Below are positions 26,788 to 32,000 of a stretch of 32,000 bases of DNA, piece by piece. The notes beneath the pieces are model-generated. The model was not told where the DNA came from. It was given only the letters and a program-made list of their open reading frames with translations, and did not search any database. The translations under genes and the position numbers were made by a program. The number at the start of each line of letters is the position of its first letter. Position 1 is the stretch's first letter. This stretch comes from Methanococcus maripaludis (GTDB taxonomy: Archaea; AGJL01; Methanococci; Methanococcales; Methanococcaceae): contig NZ_CP026606.1 in the NCBI RefSeq assembly GCF_002945325.1, forward strand, positions 180,001-212,000. The letters are read 5' to 3'.

Positions 26788-27501
26788 CTAATACTCCACT
26801 ATTTCTTTATTTTTTTCGATATTTACGATATTCCCGTCTTTTAATTCTACAACCGTGTTTGCAGCTTTTGCAAGATTCATGTCGTGTGTAATCATGATGA
26901 TGGTATTTTTGTTTTTTTTCCAGAGTTTTTGAAGGATTGCAATGACTTCCTTTCCAGTTTTACTATCAAGAGCTCCTGTTGGTTCATCGGCCAAAATAAT
27001 CTCCGGCTTGCATGCAAGAGCTCTTGCGATAGAAACTCTTTGTTGCTGACCTCCAGAAAGCTGTGATGGCCTGTTATTTACTCGGTCTGACAATCCAACA
27101 AGTTTTAAAACAGCTTCGGCTCTTTTTTCGGCCTCACTATCATTAACTTCTTGAAATTGTAGTGGCAGCATTACATTTTCGAGTGCAGTCATGCTTGGAA
27201 TCAGATTATACTGTTGAAATATAAATCCAATCGATTCACCACGCAGTTTGGATAGTTTAGATTCACTGAGTTTTGAAATATCGTTTGATTTTAATATGAC
27301 CGTTCCTTTTGTTGGAATATCAAGACAACCGACCATATTCATCATTGTTGACTTTCCAGAACCTGAAGCACCGACAATTGCAACGAAATCACCTTTTTCA
27401 ATATCTAATGAAACATTTTTCAGCGCCTGAACTTCAAAGTCGCCCATTGGGTAGATTTTCCAGACGTTTTTAAGTGATATTATTGTTTCCATGGTTTTCA
27501 C
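26788..27501 (-). CDS. ABC transporter ATP-binding protein (LolD/MacB-type)
   Basis: Walker A GASGSGKST, signature QLSGGQQQRVSIARAL, Walker B IILADEPTGALD. Confidence 0.95.
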   Translation of the reverse strand: MKTMETIISLKNVWKIYPMGDFEVQALKNVSLDIEKGDFVAIVGASGSGKSTMMNMVGCLDIPTKGTVILKSNDISKLSESKLSKLRGESIGFIFQQYNLIPSMTALENVMLPLQFQEVNDSEAEKRAEAVLKLVGLSDRVNNRPSQLSGGQQQRVSIARALACKPEIILADEPTGALDSKTGKEVIAILQKLWKKNKNTIIMITHDMNLAKAANTVVELKDGNIVNIEKNKEIVEY

Positions 27502-27524
27502 AAAAATTATTAATTAGTAAACAG

Positions 27525-27543
27525 TACTGTGTATTAAACAGTA
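27525..27543. promoter_or_regulatory. Candidate PadR operator at ABC operon promoter (TACTGTGTATTAAACAGTA)
   Basis: Perfect 6-bp arms, abuts a TATATATAA-like element; overlaps ACAGTACTGT palindrome 27521-27530. Confidence 0.6.
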
Positions 27544-27646
27544 TTATATATAATTAACTACCGACAAAATTTAAAAAAATAAAAAAATAAAAAAGTTAAA
27601 TCACTAAAAAATAATTAAAAAAGTTTTAAGAGGTATTTTGAGTTAA

Positions 27647-28240
27647 TTATCCATTTAAAATATCTAAATTTAATTTTAAATACCAAAGTACCCCATTATG
27701 GAATAATTTTGCAAAGTATGCTGATAATATCATAGTAGCGATACCTGATGCGGCAGTTATGATTCCAACAAGTGCGTAAACAATGCCTGATGCGGGAATT
27801 ACTTCAAACTGTGGAATTAGTAGTTTTACAAATGGTTCAAAGATAAAGTAATGAGGGATTACCAATTGAAATACTGGTTCAAGAACCATCATGGAACCGG
27901 CGACTGTAACTGCAACGCTTCCTGTAAACAGGATTAATAGAAACAGCAACACGCAGGCCAGCGGCCCAATAATAAATAATATATTGAACATTACAAGTGC
28001 ACTGCATGCTACGAGTTTTTTTGAAAATACATTTTTAGGTTTTTCAAAATCAAAAGATTCTAAAACCTGTTCGGGATTGCCTAATGATTTAGATATTTCT
28101 TCCTCGCTTCTTCCTTCAAGAGCCCCATTTTCGAAATATTCATTATAATCATATAGGATGTCCTGTTTTTCCGATTCTGGAATGCTTTTTAATGTTTCAG
28201 ACAGTTTATATAAATATTCTTCTTTATTCATCTTTAACAC
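27647..28240 (-). CDS. DUF1700-like membrane protein
   Basis: [36 protein letters not shown]...[12 protein letters not shown]; follows PadR with 17-nt overlap. Confidence 0.85.
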   Translation of the reverse strand: MLKMNKEEYLYKLSETLKSIPESEKQDILYDYNEYFENGALEGRSEEEISKSLGNPEQVLESFDFEKPKNVFSKKLVACSALVMFNILFIIGPLACVLLFLLILFTGSVAVTVAGSMMVLEPVFQLVIPHYFIFEPFVKLLIPQFEVIPASGIVYALVGIITAASGIATMILSAYFAKLFHNGVLWYLKLNLDILNG

Positions 28241-28556
28241 CGGAATTAATCAGCTCATTTACTTTTTTTGAAAATTCTATCCATTCTTCAGCCTGACTTT
28301 CTCTAACTTCCTTGCCCTTTTCAGTAAGTTTATAATATTTTCGTGGTGGCCCACTGCTCGATTCCATTAAATACGTGGTTAAAAGCCCGTCTGCCTTTAA
28401 ACGCCTTAATAATGGATATATGGTACCTTCAGATATCGAGATACTTTTTGAAATTTCATTTATTAGCTCGTACCCGTAATAATCCCGTTTATTAAGCAGG
28501 GTGAGTACACAGAGCTCTAAAACTCCTTTTTTAAATTGGACATCCATCGGTACCAC
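28224..28556 (-). CDS. PadR family transcriptional regulator
   Basis: [72 protein letters not shown]. Confidence 0.95.
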   Translation of the reverse strand: MVPMDVQFKKGVLELCVLTLLNKRDYYGYELINEISKSISISEGTIYPLLRRLKADGLLTTYLMESSSGPPRKYYKLTEKGKEVRESQAEEWIEFSKKVNELINSGVKDE

Positions 28557-28570
28557 AAAATTGTTTTAAG

Positions 28571-28589
28571 TACTGTATATTACCAGATA
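28571..28589. promoter_or_regulatory. Candidate PadR operator at padR promoter (TACTGTATATTACCAGATA)
   Basis: Shares AGTACTGTRTATTA and the same position relative to TATATATT as the 27525 site. Confidence 0.55.
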
Positions 28590-28811
28590 CTATATATTAT
28601 TATTGATAATACGGGAATTTTTTAAAAGTGTTGTTGAATTTACTTTAAAAATTGAGAAATTAATCTAAAAAAGAAGAAAGAATAAGTTATTTTACCGGAT
28701 TTTGTTGAAATATTCTAAATTATACTCCCCTCCAGAATATACACATGATTAGCTTGAACTATGAATTATGTAAGAGTAGTTCTCTCTCCAAATGCTGCTT
28801 AAATATATAAT

Positions 28812-29234
28812 AAATTAAAAGAAAGCGATGAAAAACTTGATAAATCGATACTTAACTCATTAGATCTGCAGGATAGTAAATATCCTTCAAAAATTTCCGA
28901 ATTAAAAAGATATGGTGAATGGGAAATTATACTTTGATATAAACTCCCAAACTTGGAAATTATTTGTGATAACTACGAAAAACAAGGAAATAATATTATT
29001 TTAACATGTTTTGGAGATATTAACTTTATCGATTACGATCCAAGGCCCAATGAAATTGAAAGATTTCCCATAAGACATATCCATGCGGGCATGTTAGTTT
29101 TTGAGTTTGATTCCGAAGAAGATATTTCTGAAAAATTGAAACGCATTGAAACACTATCTAATTCATCATACAATAAAATAGACGAATTTAATAAAAAATT
29201 AGGGACTTACATATTAAAAACATTTAATGAATAA
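28812..29234 (+). pseudogene. Small protein gene interrupted by in-frame TGA at 28935-28937
   Basis: Same frame: KLKESDEKLDKSILNSLDLQDSKYPSKISELKRYGEWEIIL*YKLPNLEIICDNYEKQGNN...ILKTFNE; no convincing ATG before the stop. Confidence 0.5.
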
Positions 29235-29243
29235 CTAAATAAT

Positions 29244-29834
29244 TTATTTATCATATCCAATATCAACATAAGTACCCCCGTGAAGTAGTAAGTTTATAGT
29301 TTGATTTTCAAATTTAAGTCTCCCACGAGGATTTTCTTTTTCTTCAATCGCTTTTTTCAATTCCATTATTTTAATAACATCAAGTCCGCCAACATACTCC
29401 AATACACCAGATATAAAATCATTTCCTGCCACTAATGGGTTTATTACGATAAAATTGTTATAAATGAATTTTAAAATATAATAAAGGGGATCATCGTCAT
29501 TATTATCAAAAATCTTTGAATTTTTCAAAATTGAATCCGCTTCCCCAGAATATATGCAAAATTCATACATTAAATACTCCCATGCTTTTTTAGTCTTTAT
29601 TTTTTCATTGGAGATAAGCCGAATAATTTCATTTACGATTAATTCCCGCGAACCCTCATAAAATATGTCAGTTTTTGATCTAAATATAATATATGTTACC
29701 AGACCTAATTCTGTGTAATTTGACTCCAAATGTTGAAACGTACAGAATTTTAAGACCTCACCGATTACAATATCTTTGTAGTTATCCCCTGTTTTAATGT
29801 ATACTTCCCCACCAAAACGGTGTTTAATGCACAC
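29244..29834 (-). CDS. Hypothetical protein
   Basis: Open frame of 196 aa with balanced composition; overlaps upstream ORF by 70 nt so start may be wrong. Confidence 0.6.
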   Translation of the reverse strand: MCIKHRFGGEVYIKTGDNYKDIVIGEVLKFCTFQHLESNYTELGLVTYIIFRSKTDIFYEGSRELIVNEIIRLISNEKIKTKKAWEYLMYEFCIYSGEADSILKNSKIFDNNDDDPLYYILKFIYNNFIVINPLVAGNDFISGVLEYVGGLDVIKIMELKKAIEEKENPRGRLKFENQTINLLLHGGTYVDIGYDK

Positions 29835-30127
29835 TGCAAGATAACATAATCTTTTAAATGGTTTTTATCTCGTTTCAACTTGATAATTGAATTAAAAAAG
29901 TCTTTCTTTTGAATTTCAGATAAATTCAAATCTTTAGCAATTTTTCCTGCATTCATTTTTAGACTCTGAATGTTTGAGCACTTCGCCTGATCTTTTACAA
30001 AACTGGTCTGTAAAACACTGCAATTTTTGTTACTTGTGTGAACATTGACAGCTTTGACTTCTGATTTATGATAATCCTTTTCAAAATGTTCAACAGGCTT
30101 TAAACAATACGGACAGATTTTAATCAA
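29765..30127 (-). CDS. Hypothetical protein with N-terminal CPYC zinc-ribbon-like start
   Basis: MIKICPYCLKPVEHFEKDYH; open frame 120 aa. Confidence 0.5.
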   Translation of the reverse strand: MIKICPYCLKPVEHFEKDYHKSEVKAVNVHTSNKNCSVLQTSFVKDQAKCSNIQSLKMNAGKIAKDLNLSEIQKKDFFNSIIKLKRDKNHLKDYVILQCALNTVLVGKYTLKQGITTKIL

Positions 30128-30464
30128 AATAACACCTCAAAAAGAGGGGGAAATAGGAGTATTTAAAAAAAATCGATAGAGTTATCACGGGGGCGTATCT
30201 TATTTTTCAACGATTGATAAATCTCAAAATAAGAATTAAAAAAATTTACTCTACCTGATTAAATAAAAGAGCTTATATTATTTATAATTTATTGAAATAA
30301 CTATTTAAATTCGTTTTTGAAAGAATTGAAAGCTAAATTGTTTAAAAAAATATGCTGTATGAACCGGACTAAAAAACCGATGAAAACGCACAACCGGATT
30401 ATTGAGTATATAAATAAAAAACGGAGTTACTGTTAACAATGCAAAATACCGGTTGCGGTATACT

Positions 30465-30556
30465 GTTAAATTTCAAGTCCAATAGCCTTAAAATTGAGCT
30501 ATGAGAAAAAGAGCTATACTTTACCAATTGGTCTTTTGAGATATGCTTTAAAATCG
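30465..30556. repeat. 92-nt imperfect direct repeat, copy 2 (orphan 5' fragment of WYL-like gene)
   Basis: Matches 22136..22227; frame broken after MRKRAILYQLVF by loss of one T. Confidence 0.8.
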
Positions 30557-30570
30557 TTTTAAAAAGAAAG

Positions 30571-30624
30571 CGCAGAGGGAGGGATTTGAACCCCCGCTCC
30601 CCAGTGGAGAACCGGATTTCAAGT
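30571..30624 (-). tRNA. Partial tRNA-Ser (UGA) 3' fragment: anticodon loop through acceptor 3' strand; probable attachment-site half
   Basis: Minus strand ACTTGAAATCCGGTTCTCCACTGGGGAGCGGGGGTTCAAATCCCTCCCTCTGCG: anticodon loop CTTGAAA, variable arm TCTCC/GGGGA, T arm GGGGG-TTCAAAT-CCCTC, acceptor strand CCTCTGC+G; no D arm, no GCAGAGG 5' strand adjacent. Confidence 0.85.
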
Positions 30625-30787
30625 AATACGGTCAAAAAACGAGAAAACGCAGACGTTACATCGTAATTTAACGATTTTTCTGAAAAGAAGGATTTTCCTT
30701 CGAGAAAGATGGTGAAAAGTAGTGAAGTGAAAACCGGATTTTATCCGGTGTTCAAAAACATAGTCCGGTATCCAATATCGCAAAATT

Positions 30788-31474
30788 TTAAAATTTTTTC
30801 CCATTACTTTCCAATTTAACCATATGATCATATAGTTTTTTTGGAAGTATTGTAATTACTGACTTCGATAACCTTATTTCAACTTCATCTTCCGGTAAAA
30901 CCAACAATCGTTTAAAAAATGACGATAAATTAATTTGTTTTGATTTTCCTACTTTTTTTACCGATTTATTTTTTAACATCGAGTCGGGTGTATCATCTGG
31001 GAGTTTCACGATTTGAAATCCACAGGGAAATTTACTTTCTTCATTTAAAAAAAATGGTTTTATCCACACGAAATCTCCTTCATCAATTCCAACCTTATCC
31101 AATAATGAGGAAGTAGAAAAATCAAGTGAATAACCTAACTTTTTGGAAATGATGTTTTCTTCATCCTTACTAATGGAAATTTCGCATAATTTATCTTTAA
31201 AATCAATAACCAAGTAATCCCCTTCAACCGCCCCCATATATTCCAACAATGCAGTCATGCTAATATCAAGACTTTTACCCATATTCACTTTTTTAGTAAA
31301 TGAAGGTCTTGATAAATAATAACCCCTTCCTTCTTCATCTGTTTTAAAAATATGAAATTTTCCATCATGATTTTCGGTAATCATTACTAAATCTCCTTCA
31401 TTTATGTTTAAATAATTCATTACCGACTTCATCGATGGATTAAGGGATTTTCCGAGTTTTACTGTTTTTATCAT
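30788..31474 (-). CDS. Protein with about four tandem AbrB/MazE-like (swapped-hairpin) repeats
   Basis: VKLGKSLNPSMKSVMNYLNINEGDLVMI; VNMGKSLDISMTALLEYMGAVEGDYLVI; KLGYSLDFSTSSLLDKVGIDEGDFVWI; KVGKSKQINLSSFFKRLLVLPEDEVEI. Confidence 0.75.
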   Translation of the reverse strand: MIKTVKLGKSLNPSMKSVMNYLNINEGDLVMITENHDGKFHIFKTDEEGRGYYLSRPSFTKKVNMGKSLDISMTALLEYMGAVEGDYLVIDFKDKLCEISISKDEENIISKKLGYSLDFSTSSLLDKVGIDEGDFVWIKPFFLNEESKFPCGFQIVKLPDDTPDSMLKNKSVKKVGKSKQINLSSFFKRLLVLPEDEVEIRLSKSVITILPKKLYDHMVKLESNGKKF

Positions 31475-31519
31475 AATTTTATCTTTTTTTTTAATTAATA
31501 TATAAATATAATTGATTTT

Positions 31520-31576
31520 GATTAGATTACACGAAAAACTTATATATAATTATGACTATGATTAATTTACACGAAA
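31520..31576. promoter_or_regulatory. Pair of 17-nt direct repeats 40 bp apart (GATTAGATTACACGAAA, GATTAATTTACACGAAA) flanking TATATATAA
   Basis: 31520-31536 and 31560-31576, TATA-like element 31541-31549, in the divergent intergenic region between the AbrB-like gene and the recombinase. Confidence 0.7.
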
Positions 31577-31604
31577 TTAGAAAAAACAATTGGAGTTGAT
31601 TATT

Positions 31605-32000
31605 ATGGACGATTTTGATCTCGATGAACTGAACAACTTAAAGGACTCGAAAAAATTAAAAAAAGTAAACAATGAAGAAGATTTTAAAAAACAAATGGAT
31701 TTTTATAAAAATGAACGGATAAGAATGGGTATTAAGGAATATACAATCAAACAAGACTGTTACCGAGTTAATTTTTTCTTCAAATGGTTAAAAGAAATGG
31801 GTTTTACTCAAAATAACCTTAACATAACGACTTTTGAATTATTTTTCGATTATATGAGGAAGAAAAGAAAAATCTCAAACAATACACAAAATAAAATCAT
31901 GATTTCCTTAAAAAAATATTTCGAAATAATTAACAATCCTTGTATGGACGAGTTTTTGAAAAAATATGAGAGGTCATTTTACAAAGCTGTTGAGAAAAAA
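31605..32000 (+). CDS. Tyrosine recombinase/integrase, N-terminal SAM-like domain; truncated by window end
   Basis: QMDFYKNERIRMGIKEYTIKQDCYRVNFFFKWLKEMGFTQNNLNITTFELFFDYMRKKRKISNNTQNKIMISLKKYFEI; not in ORF track because it runs off the end; SD GGAG upstream; adjacent to tRNA fragment. Confidence 0.8.
   Translation, partial: MDDFDLDELNNLKDSKKLKKVNNEEDFKKQMDFYKNERIRMGIKEYTIKQDCYRVNFFFKWLKEMGFTQNNLNITTFELFFDYMRKKRKISNNTQNKIMISLKKYFEIINNPCMDEFLKKYERSFYKAVEKK

Noticed and set aside
28935-28937. Selenocysteine codon
   Set aside because: No SECIS-like structure recognised, no known selenoprotein similarity, and no clear start codon upstream; decay is the simpler explanation.
30571-30624. Complete tRNA-Ser gene
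   Set aside because: No D arm, 5' anticodon stem or 5' acceptor strand could be found in the adjacent upstream minus-strand sequence.
30619-30831. 70-aa minus ORF between tRNA fragment and AbrB-like gene
   Set aside because: Overlaps the tRNA fragment edge and the 3' end of the AbrB-like gene; no coding character.

Overview
AT-rich archaeal (methanogen, Methanococcus-like by protein content; inference) chromosomal segment. Left to right: a partial unknown CDS; a YhhQ/VUT-family queuosine-precursor-type transporter; a long minus-strand redox cluster (larB, two 4Fe-4S aldo/keto reductases, CMD-family protein, N-domain-only larC, a frame-disrupted flavodoxin, two iron-sulfur-flavoprotein-like reductases, cyclophilin-like protein, frame-disrupted Fe-ADH, tiny Cys-rich membrane protein, half a permease, lipoprotein, TetR regulator) in which I find five copies of a 14-bp palindrome TGACTRATYAGTCA at promoters; a CodB-like permease; a 1112-aa secreted beta-helix/S-layer-like protein with about 16 regular ~28-aa units; a cytosolic trypsin-like protease; a PIN-GNAT-PUA/ASCH-like protein followed by a decayed overlapping ASCH gene; a WYL-like protein; a PadR-associated ABC transporter/CARDB operon with a shared promoter element; and, at the right edge, a 3' fragment of a tRNA-Ser gene marking the end of an integrated element that carries a four-repeat AbrB-like protein and a tyrosine recombinase. 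The most novel-looking items are the TetR/operator redox-Lar regulon, the tRNA-Ser element boundary with its tetra-AbrB protein and 40-bp-spaced operator repeats, the PIN-GNAT/ASCH pair, and the higher-order repeat in the beta-helix protein. All family calls are from reading the sequences; no searches were run.
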